A stretch of 39,823 bases of DNA from PVC group bacterium (lineage in GTDB: Bacteria > Auribacterota > Erginobacteria > Erginobacterales > Erginobacteraceae): contig JAZDIV010000063.1 in assembly GCA_043804695.1 (NCBI GenBank), positions 1 to 39,823 of the forward strand, given 5' to 3'. Made by a program: the position numbers and the translations under genes. The notes beneath the pieces are model-generated. The model was not told the origin of the DNA, searched no databases, and was given only the letters and a program-made list of their open reading frames with translations. This document shows positions 27,841 through 37,091 of this stretch, piece after piece; the first letter of the stretch is position 1; each line of letters begins with the position of its first letter.

Positions 27841-27902
27841 TTCAACTCGGAGCTTGCCCTACTATAAACGAAATTCATTTCGCGGTGTGTTTTTCGTGTC
27901 GT

Positions 27903-28661
27903 CTAGCAAACCGCGATACTCCGGCGAAGGGCTTCAATGTTTCCTCGGATGTCACCGTTAAAGACGGCGCTGCCGGCGATCAGTTCCGTAGCCCCGGACC
28001 GGACGACCAGCGGCGCGGTTTCAACCGTGATCCCGCCGTCCACCGCCACTCTGATATCGCGGTTCTCCCGGCCGGCCAGGTTCCGGGCCTCCGCGATCCT
28101 CTGCTCGCTGCCGGCGATGAAAGCCTGGCCCCCGAAACCGGGCTCGACGCTCATGATCAATATCAGATCGATATAAGGGAGCGCCGGCTCCACAACCGCC
28201 ACCGGCGTGGCGGGCCGGATCGAAACCCCGGCCCGGAGCCCCAGGGTCTTTATCTCCCGGATAACCTGCAGAAAATCGGCCTCGATTTCCTGGTGAATGG
28301 TGATCTCGTTCACGCCCGCCTCGGCGAAAGCGGTGAGATAGCGGGCCGGATCCTCGATCATCAGGTGAGCGCCCAGGTAGAGACCGGTCACCCGCCGGAC
28401 CGCGCGGGCCACCACCGGGCCGATGGTCAGATTGGGGACAAAGTGGCCGTCCATGACATCAAGATGGAGCACCCGACACCCGGCGGCCTCGACCTGCCGG
28501 ATATCGTCTTTCAAGCACGCGAAATCCGCGGAGAGCAGAGAGGGGGCGATCAGAACCCTTTCTCCGGCCGGTTCATTTTGTTTGTGCGCTTTTATCTTCA
28601 CATTGTTATCGGGTTGGAATTCCACGGTCTTAGAATATACCGAGTTGCCGTTAAAAGGCAT
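27903..28661 (-). CDS. rpe: Ribulose-phosphate 3-epimerase (true start may be downstream, e.g. GTG 28601)
   Basis: IAPSLLSADF, HLDVMDGHFVPN, HLMI, MSVEPGFGGQ, VDGG, AGSA. Confidence 0.95.
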   Translation of the reverse strand: MPFNGNSVYSKTVEFQPDNNVKIKAHKQNEPAGERVLIAPSLLSADFACLKDDIRQVEAAGCRVLHLDVMDGHFVPNLTIGPVVARAVRRVTGLYLGAHLMIEDPARYLTAFAEAGVNEITIHQEIEADFLQVIREIKTLGLRAGVSIRPATPVAVVEPALPYIDLILIMSVEPGFGGQAFIAGSEQRIAEARNLAGRENRDIRVAVDGGITVETAPLVVRSGATELIAGSAVFNGDIRGNIEALRRSIAVC

Positions 28662-29185
28662 TATTTTTTTCCGATTTTACAGACCAGGGCGCATTCTCCT
28701 TGTTTCCCGAGCAATATGTATTATACTATCTTATTTTTCCTCCGGAAAAATAAGAATGGGCAAGCATTGATCTGACATTGCAGGGATATTTTAAAGTAAA
28801 TTCGTATCCCCGAAAAGTGCCTTCGGCACCTCGGGGTAAAAATTCGCGCACCGCCCTGTGGCGAAGCCATCCGGGGTAATTCGTAGTTTTATTTAGTTGC
28901 CCGAGCAAAGCGAGGGCTACGTTCCTGCTTCGGAATTTTCAACCTGAGGCTGATGCGCCTCTGGCGCACAATAATATTATTTTTTCTGCGAAAAAATAAT
29001 AGTTGTGAAGCTTTTGGCCTACAGATAACACATGCTTCAGGAGTAAAAAGTTGGCTGAAGTTATAAGGCCTTTTTAGAGTGTCGCCTCGATGAAAATATT
29101 ACAGTTAACCAATAGACCCCGATTGAATCAATCGGGGTCCACTATTATTAATCCGACCGTTATAGTATTAACATCAACAATTGCG

Positions 29186-29264
29186 GTCATTGCGAGCGAA
29201 GCAAAGCAATCTCTTGTTGTGCATAAAGTTAAGATTGCTTCGTCGCTTCGCTCCTCGCAATGAC
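29186..29264. repeat. RPE-like inverted palindromic pair
   Basis: gtcattgcgagcgaagcaaagcaatct ... agattgcttcgtcgcttcgctcctcgcaatgac. Confidence 0.75.
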
Positions 29265-29318
29265 ATGTCTATACAATTATGGACTGACTAATAAGTAGCG
29301 CCGAAGGCGCTAATTAAT

Positions 29319-30968
29319 ATGAACAATGTCACGATCACTGTCGACGGAGAGGAGCAGGTCTACCCGCGGGGCGTCACGGTGGAGATTGTCCTGCAGAGAA
29401 ACCGGGGCGCCCCTCCTTTCTTCTCGCTGGGGGCGGCCCTTCATAATCACCTTCTCGACCCCGATTACACGCTGAACGACGACTGCAGCCTGCGCCTCCT
29501 GACGTCACGCGACCGGGAAGGTTTCGCCATTTACCGGCGAAGCGCCACCCTGATTCTGATCGAGGCCGTTCATCGCCTTTTCCCCGACCGGCGTCTCTTT
29601 ATCGGCCAGTCGCTGGCCGACGGCTATTATTTCGACTCCGGCGTTCCGCTTGAGAAACCGGATATCGACCGCATCGGCGAAACCGTCCGCGCGATCATCC
29701 GGGAAGATCTCCCTTTCACCAGACACTATCTCTCCTACGGCGAGGCCAGGAAATACTTTGAGAGCCGGGGCCTATCGGACAAGATCAGTCTCCTGGAGTT
29801 CTACCGCTCCCCGGAAATCTGCCTGGTCAGGTGCGGCAAAGCGCTGGAGTTCTATACCGGCCCTTCGGCCCCTTCAACCGGCCGCATCACCATACTCGCC
29901 CTGGAACCGTATGCCGACGGCTTCATACTCCGCTTCCCCACCTGGGAAGAGCAATCGGTCATCCCCCCGATGCGCCTGGAGAAGAAACTCTTCGCCGTGT
30001 ACCAGGAGTCACGGGCATGGAACAGGATACTGTCGGTTGAAAACGTCGGGCAGTTGAACAATCTCTGCGTGACCGGAAAGATCCGGGAACTGATCATGGT
30101 CGCGGAGGCTTTGCACGCGAAAAAGATCGCGGCCATCGCCGATGAGATTTCCCGGCGGGGCGAGCCGGTCAAGCTGGCCCTGATTGCCGGGCCTTCGGGA
30201 TCCGGCAAGACAACATTCGCCAAACGGTTGAGCATCCAGCTGCGGGTCAACGGTCTTGACCCGGTGATCATCAGCATGGATAACTACTTTAAAGACCGGG
30301 AGGCAACACCCCGGGATACGAACGGCGAGCGGGATTTTGAATCACTGAAGGCCGTGGACCTGGCTCTTTTCACCCGGCACCTTGGGGAGCTGATCGCGGG
30401 AGAACGGATCCAGGCCCCCCGTTTTGATTTTAAAAGAGGAACCCGGCGGGATGACTTCATCCCGATCCAATTGACGCCGGGAAAGATCCTGCTCATAGAG
30501 GGGAACCACTGCCTCAACGATCGGGTGACCTCGTCGGTCCCGTCCCGGAACAAATTTCTCATCTATATCAGCGCCCTCACCCAGCTCCGGCTCGATAACC
30601 ACACCCGGATCTTCACGTCTGATACCAGGCTTTTACGGAGGATCGTCCGGGACCGGATTTTCCGGGGATGGTCGGCGCTTGACACCATCCGGCGGTGGCC
30701 CCTGGTCCGGCGGGGCGAGCGGATCAACATCTTCCCTTTTCAGGAAAACGCTGACATCCTCTTCAATTCCGCCCTGGTCTATGAATACGCGGTCCTGAAG
30801 AATTATGCCGAGCTGGCGCTGCTGGACACCACCCCTGAATATCCCGAATACGTAGAGGTCGAGCGCCTGCTCTCCTTTCTCTCCTGGTTCGCCCCGATCT
30901 CGGAACGGGACGTGCCGTCCACCTCGATTCTGCGGGAGTTCATCGGGGAAAGCATCTTCGACTACTGA
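29319..30968 (+). CDS. Nucleoside (uridine) kinase with N-terminal ThrRS-like TGS/editing-type domains
   Basis: GFAIYRRS..L, PSTG, EALH.KKI, IAGPSGSGKTT, SMDNYF, LIEG.H.LN, RLLRRIVRD, IFPFQE.AD, SILREFIG.S.F.Y. Confidence 0.88.
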   Translation: MNNVTITVDGEEQVYPRGVTVEIVLQRNRGAPPFFSLGAALHNHLLDPDYTLNDDCSLRLLTSRDREGFAIYRRSATLILIEAVHRLFPDRRLFIGQSLADGYYFDSGVPLEKPDIDRIGETVRAIIREDLPFTRHYLSYGEARKYFESRGLSDKISLLEFYRSPEICLVRCGKALEFYTGPSAPSTGRITILALEPYADGFILRFPTWEEQSVIPPMRLEKKLFAVYQESRAWNRILSVENVGQLNNLCVTGKIRELIMVAEALHAKKIAAIADEISRRGEPVKLALIAGPSGSGKTTFAKRLSIQLRVNGLDPVIISMDNYFKDREATPRDTNGERDFESLKAVDLALFTRHLGELIAGERIQAPRFDFKRGTRRDDFIPIQLTPGKILLIEGNHCLNDRVTSSVPSRNKFLIYISALTQLRLDNHTRIFTSDTRLLRRIVRDRIFRGWSALDTIRRWPLVRRGERINIFPFQENADILFNSALVYEYAVLKNYAELALLDTTPEYPEYVEVERLLSFLSWFAPISERDVPSTSILREFIGESIFDY

Positions 30969-30991
30969 TCCGGCCCGGAACGGGGTCTCTT

Positions 30992-31753
30992 TTAACTGAT
31001 GGTCCCGTTGATGTAGTCCCGGGTCAGCTCCTGCCGGGGGTTCCGGAAAATCTCTTCGGCGGCCCCCCATTCCACCAACTCTCCTAGGTAAAAGAAGAGG
31101 ATAAAGTCGGCCAGCCGCTTCGCCTGCCGCAGGATGTGGGTGACAATCACGATGGTGTAATCCTTCTTCAGATCCATGAACTTGCGTTCAATCCGCTGGC
31201 TGGCCACCGGATCCAGGGCCGAAGTCGGCTCATCGCCCAGGATGATCTCCGGCTCAACCGCCAGTCCGCGGGCCAGGCAAAGGCGCTGCTGCTGGCCGAT
31301 CGAGAGCCGGTACGCCGGCTCGTGAAGACGGTCACAAACCTCTTCCCACAGGCCGGTTTCTCTTAAATAATGCTCCACTATTCCATCGAGCCGTTCTCTC
31401 TTCCGCATCCCGTGAATACGCGGCCCGTAGGCTACATTGTCGTAGATCGACATCGGCAGGGGTGACGGCTTCTGGGAGAGCAATCCCATTTTTTTCCGGA
31501 TGTGAGTGACTTCCGTCCCGGGCCCGTAAATGTTCTCGCCGTCCACCAGGACTTCCCCGCTCACCTTCGCGTCCTCCACCAGATCCAGCATCCGGTTGAA
31601 CGATTTCAGGAAAGTCGACTTGCCGCACCCGGAAGGGCCGATAATGGCCGTTATCCGGCGATCGGGGATATCGACCGTTATGTTCTTCAGGGCCTGTTCC
31701 TTCCCGTAAAAAACATTGAGGTTTCGCACGCTGATGTGCGCTCTCGATTCCAT
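30992..31753 (-). CDS. pstB: Phosphate ABC transporter ATP-binding protein
   Basis: GPSGCGKST..NRM, MSIYDNVAYG, LSIGQQQRLCLAR, DEPTSALDP, VTH. Confidence 0.95.
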   Translation of the reverse strand: MESRAHISVRNLNVFYGKEQALKNITVDIPDRRITAIIGPSGCGKSTFLKSFNRMLDLVEDAKVSGEVLVDGENIYGPGTEVTHIRKKMGLLSQKPSPLPMSIYDNVAYGPRIHGMRKRERLDGIVEHYLRETGLWEEVCDRLHEPAYRLSIGQQQRLCLARGLAVEPEIILGDEPTSALDPVASQRIERKFMDLKKDYTIVIVTHILRQAKRLADFILFFYLGELVEWGAAEEIFRNPRQELTRDYINGTIS

Positions 31754-31787
31754 CTCCCTCTCCTTTCTCTCCGATCTTTTTACCGGG

Positions 31788-32639
31788 TTATTTGATTATG
31801 TTGCGGGACATTTTCCGGGTGAGCAGGCGAACCAGGACGCTGATGATGAGAATGATGGCCGTGAGTATCAACGCCGATGCATACGCCCGTTCCCGTACTT
31901 CCGGGAACGGTGTCCCCAGTTGGTAAAAAATGGCCAGGGGAAGAGTGGCGGCGGGACGCAGCAATGAAGAGGGGAGATGATCGGTGAATCCGGCGGTGAA
32001 GATGACCGAAGCGGCATCGCCGATGCCGCGCCCGAACGCGATCAGGACGGCCGTGGCCAGACCCGGCAATGCCTGCCTGGCCACCACCTTGCAGGCGGTC
32101 TCCCAGCGGGTTGCTCCCAGGGCATAGGAAGCTTCCAGCAGTTCTTCCGGCATGATTCTCAGCACTTCATCCATGGCCCGGCTCATGATCGGGAAAACCA
32201 GCAGGGCCACGGCGATGATTCCGCCCAGCAGCGATGCCCGCAGCCCGAAGAAGATCATGATCGTGAACCCGAAGGCCCCGTACACGATCGAAGGGATCCC
32301 CCAGAGGACATCGAAACAGACCCGGGCAAAAACAGCCAGCCGGGAGCCCCGGCGGCCGTAAACGTTGAAATACAGAACCACCGGCAGGCTGATGATGAAG
32401 GCGAGCACGGTCGCGCCTCCGGCCAGGTAGAGAGACCCGACGATAGCGTTCAGCACCCCTCCCTCTTTTCCCAGGTAAAATCCACCCTCCGGGATTCTGG
32501 TTATCATGTCGAGGTCCAGGGCCGGGAGACCTTTCACGACCACCGTACCCAGAATCAGTAAAAGGGTGGCCATGATAACCAGGGCCGCGGCGGTCATCAG
32601 CACTTTCCCGATCTTTTCTTCCAGCTTTCTTCTATCCAT
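31788..32639 (-). CDS. pstA: Phosphate ABC transporter permease
   Basis: GG..NAIVGS, GIPSIVYG, EASYALGAT.W; operon position. Confidence 0.92.
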   Translation of the reverse strand: MDRRKLEEKIGKVLMTAAALVIMATLLLILGTVVVKGLPALDLDMITRIPEGGFYLGKEGGVLNAIVGSLYLAGGATVLAFIISLPVVLYFNVYGRRGSRLAVFARVCFDVLWGIPSIVYGAFGFTIMIFFGLRASLLGGIIAVALLVFPIMSRAMDEVLRIMPEELLEASYALGATRWETACKVVARQALPGLATAVLIAFGRGIGDAASVIFTAGFTDHLPSSLLRPAATLPLAIFYQLGTPFPEVRERAYASALILTAIILIISVLVRLLTRKMSRNIIK

Positions 32640-32640
32640 C

Positions 32641-33540
32641 CTAGCGCACCTTCTTTTCGATCCTGACCAGAACGAAACGTGAGAGCACGTTGAAGCCGAC
32701 CACCACCAGAAATAGTATCAGCGAGGCGAGCATAAGCGCCGAGTCGTATAACGGGATCGAGGCCATTTCCCCGTAGTTATTGGCGATTAACGCCGGCAGC
32801 GGATAGACCGGGTCGAAGAGCGACGCGGGGATCCGGGCCACGTTGCCCGCCACCATCAACACGGCCATCGTCTCCCCGAACGCCCGGGAGATGCCGAGGA
32901 CGACGGCCGCGATGACCCCCGGCAACGCCTTGCGGACGACAACACATTTTACCGTCTGCCACCGGGTCGCTCCCAGGGCCAGAGAGGCCTCCCGCAGGTC
33001 TTCCGGCACGGCGCGGAAGACCTCGAGGGACACGTGAATAATGACAGGGAAAATCATGATCGCCAGGACAATCCCCCCGGCCAAAGCGCAATAGCCGGTG
33101 GAAAAAGCCCCAAAGGCGGGAGCGACATAATCCTTGATCAACGGGACGATCACCAAAATCCCCCAGATCCCGAAAACAACCGAAGGGATCCCCGCCAGCA
33201 GGTCGATCAGGGGCTTGGATCCTTCCCGGATAAGGCGGGGCGCGTAATCGGCGAGATAGGCCGCCGTCAGCAGGCAGAGAGGGACGGCGATTGTCACCGC
33301 CACGGCGGTAACCAGGAATGTCCCCATGATAAAAGGATAGAAGCCGAACTCACCCCGCAGGGGATGCCAGGACCGGGAGAAGAGGAGTTCCGGCAGGGAC
33401 TTCATCGCCAGGATCGGCCGGGAACGCTGGTAAAGACCTCCGGCCATCAGGAAGACAATCAGACAGCACCCGACCGTCAGGATCAGCAGGAGCCGGCCGA
33501 TCCAGGCATCCTTGAAAAGCCGTTTACGGAGCACATTCAC
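32641..33540 (-). CDS. pstC: Phosphate ABC transporter permease
   Basis: W.P..G.FG, LAGIPSVVFG.WG, REASLALGATRWQ, SRAFGETMAV.MV.GN. Confidence 0.93.
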   Translation of the reverse strand: MNVLRKRLFKDAWIGRLLLILTVGCCLIVFLMAGGLYQRSRPILAMKSLPELLFSRSWHPLRGEFGFYPFIMGTFLVTAVAVTIAVPLCLLTAAYLADYAPRLIREGSKPLIDLLAGIPSVVFGIWGILVIVPLIKDYVAPAFGAFSTGYCALAGGIVLAIMIFPVIIHVSLEVFRAVPEDLREASLALGATRWQTVKCVVVRKALPGVIAAVVLGISRAFGETMAVLMVAGNVARIPASLFDPVYPLPALIANNYGEMASIPLYDSALMLASLILFLVVVGFNVLSRFVLVRIEKKVR

Positions 33541-34505
33541 CGTTCAAGCTTACCCAGTTCTTCCTGCAGTTTCTCCTTGCCCAGATTGATATATCCCGAC
33601 TCGGGGACATACTTCTGCCCGGCGGTCAGGACCCATCGGATAAATTCCCGGACCACCGGCCGATCGGGTCTGCCCTGGGAAACAAAATGGAGATTCCGCG
33701 CGGGCGGCGAGGGATATTTCCCGTCAGCGATCGCCCCCGTCAGCTCATCGCGGGTACCGTAGAAATCCTCCTCGGGATCGAGGGAACCGTTCCCGCTCAG
33801 GTCTATCGGCACCACCCGCAGTCCCTCAATCTGCTGCCCGGTGGCGGCGTCATAGGCATAGCCGATGTTGTTGAATCCGATCCCCAGAACGTCCTTGCGA
33901 ACGGCTTCCGCCAGGCCCGGATCTCCGAACACTCCGACATCCCGCAGGTCCTCCTGGTTCTTGCCCAGATACCGGGCCCAGGTCTCGGCCGCGCCGCAGG
34001 CATCCGAGCGGGTATAGACATGGATAGCGGCCGGGAGTGGATCGTTCACCACCTCGCCCCAGCTTTTAATCTTTCCCGTTATCCAGATCCCGTCGAACGT
34101 GTCTTTCCCGACACCCCGGGAAAGGATTTTCTTGATGACCGGATTGGCGGCATTGACAGTCGGTACCACCGCATCTTTCGTCACCGAGACCCACCAGGCA
34201 CCCTTTTCTATTTCAGCCGGATATATCTCCCGGGAGACCATTCCGATATCCACCGTCCGGGAGAGGCAGTCAACCATCCCTTTTCCTGCCCCGCCGGCCG
34301 CCACATCGATGGTTACATCCGGATGGAGTTTCCGGAACTCTTCCGCCCAGCGGACGACCATGGGATACAGCGCCCAGGCCCCCGACAGGGTGATGGTCCC
34401 CTTGAATGATTCCGGCTGAGTCTCCCCCGCGGCGGGCCCCGCCACGGCAAGGAAGATAATGATCACCGGGGAAACAACCTTGATAAAAACCTTCATCCAT
34501 TTCAC
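33537..34505 (-). CDS. pstS: Phosphate-binding periplasmic protein
   Basis: Signal peptide, SGAWALYP, GGAGKG, DIGMVSR, R.DACGA; first gene of the pst operon with AGGAGG SD. Confidence 0.88.
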   Translation of the reverse strand: MKWMKVFIKVVSPVIIIFLAVAGPAAGETQPESFKGTITLSGAWALYPMVVRWAEEFRKLHPDVTIDVAAGGAGKGMVDCLSRTVDIGMVSREIYPAEIEKGAWWVSVTKDAVVPTVNAANPVIKKILSRGVGKDTFDGIWITGKIKSWGEVVNDPLPAAIHVYTRSDACGAAETWARYLGKNQEDLRDVGVFGDPGLAEAVRKDVLGIGFNNIGYAYDAATGQQIEGLRVVPIDLSGNGSLDPEEDFYGTRDELTGAIADGKYPSPPARNLHFVSQGRPDRPVVREFIRWVLTAGQKYVPESGYINLGKEKLQEELGKLER

Positions 34506-34608
34506 GACACCCTCCTTTTCCCGAAACCGGGTTTTTGCACGCCCCGAATCGGGCCGGATTTTCTTCCCCGGCCGCGGATCCGGCTCACTGTTCTGTGTGA
34601 TTCACTGT

Positions 34609-34692
34609 ATTATAACGCGGAACTTTCCCTCACAAAACACTCTTATAATACTCTTACAAGAGTGCTATAACAGCCTTCCTGATCCCTGTCAA
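34609..34692 (-). promoter_or_regulatory. Putative pst promoter(s) with 11-bp direct repeats (Pho-box-like)
   Basis: Minus-strand TTGACA (34687-34692)-17 nt-TATAGC (34664-34669); a second TATAAT at 34609-34614; repeats actcttataat/actcttacaag at 34639-34660. Confidence 0.5.
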
Positions 34693-34844
34693 GAGGAAAA
34701 ATAAAAAATTATGCCCCCCGTAACCGACTATGAGAGAGCGGGAATTGTTCCGCACCCGGCACAAATAGATATTCTCATCGCTCTCAGACAGGCGTATAGT
34801 GATGGGAAATAAAGAAAAATCGAACCCTTATTGAGGGGGATACG

Positions 34845-36038
34845 ATGAAAACAACAAAAAGCCGCCTGAAGGGGCTGGTCCTGTCCCGGGGGGAACTCGA
34901 GGACATCCGGGCGACCCTGGCGGAACGGATCCGGGAGGGGCTGAAAAAAGAAGAGGGGGAGATCGGGGCGCTCCCGACCTACCTCGCGCCCCCCGGCGCC
35001 GGCGGCGGCGGCGAAGCCCTGGTCATCGACATCGGCGGCACCAACATCAGGGCCGCCGGTATCAGGATGACGGGCAGCGGCACCGTCGTTATCAGCCCGG
35101 AGCCGGCCACCACGCCCCTGGTCAGCGAATGGGATTCGGCCGCTTCCTTCTTCGACCGGCAGGCCGAACTTGCCCTTTTTCTGGGACCGGCGTCGAATCT
35201 GCCGATCGGGTACTGCTTCTCCTACCCTTTCCGGGCCATGCCGGGCGGGGACGCGGTGCTCCTCTACTGGACCAAGCAGCTGAATGTCCCCGGCGTCGCT
35301 GGACACAAGGTCGGCGAGATGCTTTTGAACGCGTTCCGGAAGAGGGGATACCGACCACGGTGGGTGCGGGTCCTCAATGACACCGTCGCCGCCCTGATGG
35401 GGGGCGATCTGGCATTTCGAAAAGGGGGCCGGTTCGCTACCTTTATCGGTTTGATCGTCGGGACCGGCACCAACATGGCCGCCTATTTTCCGACCTCCCT
35501 TCTGGCCGCCAAAGTGTCAGAGGCGGAGTTCGGCCACGCTAAAATGGCGGTCAACCTCGAATCCGGCAACTACCACCCCCCCCACCTCACCCGTTTCGAT
35601 GATGAGCTGGACGCGACTTACCCCCACGTAGGCGAGCACCGGCTGGAGAAGGCCGTCTCGGGGAAGTTTCTCCCCCAGCTCTACACCTTCATCAGGGACG
35701 GCCGCAGTACGCCCCCCTTCCCTACCACCCGGGAGCTCTTTGAGCTGGCCCGGCAGCGACCGGAGACGCCGGATTCAGCCCTGGCCCGGGCCATCGTCAA
35801 CCGCTCCGCCGACCTGGTCGCCGCCTGCCTGGCGGGCTTGATCGACACCCTGGAGACGGAAGGACGGGTCGGGATTCTCGGCGAGGGGGGCGTCATCAAC
35901 AACAATCCCGAGTACCGGGAACGGCTCACAAGGCAGCTGGCAACACTCCTGGGAGACAGTCCGGAAGACTCGTCCCGCTTCGACATCCTCCAGCTGGAGA
36001 ACGTCAACCTGATCGGCGCCGCCGCCGCCGCGCTGTAA
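34845..36038 (+). CDS. Hexokinase (eukaryote-type hexokinase family)
   Basis: LPTY, DIGGTNIR, GYCFSYP, WTK, LNDTVA, GLIVGTGTN, NLESG, EKAVSG, GAA. Confidence 0.9.
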   Translation: MKTTKSRLKGLVLSRGELEDIRATLAERIREGLKKEEGEIGALPTYLAPPGAGGGGEALVIDIGGTNIRAAGIRMTGSGTVVISPEPATTPLVSEWDSAASFFDRQAELALFLGPASNLPIGYCFSYPFRAMPGGDAVLLYWTKQLNVPGVAGHKVGEMLLNAFRKRGYRPRWVRVLNDTVAALMGGDLAFRKGGRFATFIGLIVGTGTNMAAYFPTSLLAAKVSEAEFGHAKMAVNLESGNYHPPHLTRFDDELDATYPHVGEHRLEKAVSGKFLPQLYTFIRDGRSTPPFPTTRELFELARQRPETPDSALARAIVNRSADLVAACLAGLIDTLETEGRVGILGEGGVINNNPEYRERLTRQLATLLGDSPEDSSRFDILQLENVNLIGAAAAAL

Positions 36039-36097
36039 ATTGAACCATGAAGGACATGAAGAACATGAAGAGGAAAAAGAGGAGGGACGGTATTAAA

Positions 36098-36715
36098 TCA
36101 CCAGACTGCTTCAAAGTGGACTGTTAGAACATCGTTCTCGATCTTTTCGCCAAGGATACGGTAGTATCCCCCTTTTGCGGATTCTTCCCCCGCCTTCAGA
36201 GTGACGTTTTTACTTGAACAGATAGCCCCGATATTTTTGACCAGCCATTTCCTGCACTCTATTCCTTCCCCGTATGTTTCAACCGAAATCACACCCCTGT
36301 TTGTATCACTGTCATAATCAAAATGGATGACTTTGCAATCTTCTGACGTTCTTCGTTCGGCAGGAGGCGTAGAAGACAGTTCAAACTCCCCGAAGTCATC
36401 CCCGATTAAAAAATTTTTAAGTCTTACTACCGTTAAATAATATTTATGCTCTTTATAATCGAATTCGATTACATCCCCCGCAATGACCGATCTTGTATTC
36501 ACGATGACCGCGTCATTACCATCCCAAATGGTCAGGAGAACCTGGCCGCCGGTGATATCCCCGATCTCAATTTTTAAATTCCCGGCAACCAACGCGAAGT
36601 CACGTTGCTTAATTGTCAGCCCCAGGGGATCCTCCGGCAGTTTCGTCGGAGAAGACGGAGAAGCGCAACTCACCATAAGAATACAAATCCCCAATGACAG
36701 ACAATTAATATTCAT
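36098..36715 (-). CDS. Hypothetical lipoprotein (AT-rich)
   Basis: 205-aa ORF with lipobox-like MVSC after a hydrophobic stretch; no recognisable domain. Confidence 0.65.
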   Translation of the reverse strand: MNINCLSLGICILMVSCASPSSPTKLPEDPLGLTIKQRDFALVAGNLKIEIGDITGGQVLLTIWDGNDAVIVNTRSVIAGDVIEFDYKEHKYYLTVVRLKNFLIGDDFGEFELSSTPPAERRTSEDCKVIHFDYDSDTNRGVISVETYGEGIECRKWLVKNIGAICSSKNVTLKAGEESAKGGYYRILGEKIENDVLTVHFEAVW

Positions 36716-36774
36716 CAGCAGTTCTCCAATCGGTCATAACTTTTAATCATTTCTATCCATTGCGTCTGGCTAAA

Positions 36775-37032
36775 TACGCCTTCTTTCTCTCCGCGATTAT
36801 ACCGCTACAACCTTTTTCTCGGAAGTAAAATGCACCGGCAAAAAATATCGGACAAGTTATGCTCGATCGAGCATAACTTGTCCGATATATAATGAGGATC
36901 ATGTCTCGACGGCAATCGAGACGGGACAAATAAATACGCGCTGGTGGTATCGCAAATAAATTGATTCACCCATAGCACCTTGGAAAACTGCTCTGCAGTC
37001 TCTGGGGGACCAAGGCCGTGGGGGTCCGTGGT
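36775..37032. repeat. Non-coding module A, copy 1 (minus-strand promoter, 44-bp perfect palindrome, ATTCACCCA hairpin)
   Basis: Homologous to 39390-39636; palindrome at 36845-36888. Confidence 0.75.
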
Positions 37033-37091
37033 ATATTGGTGCGGTGAGGGGGAGCGTCAAACAAACTATTTTTTCGTCGGTCCGGGCATGC

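Noticed and set aside
36845..36888. Protelomerase target or hairpin telomere
   Set aside because: Two copies with different arms 2.6 kb apart and no protelomerase or phage genes nearby; kept only as an unexplained palindrome.
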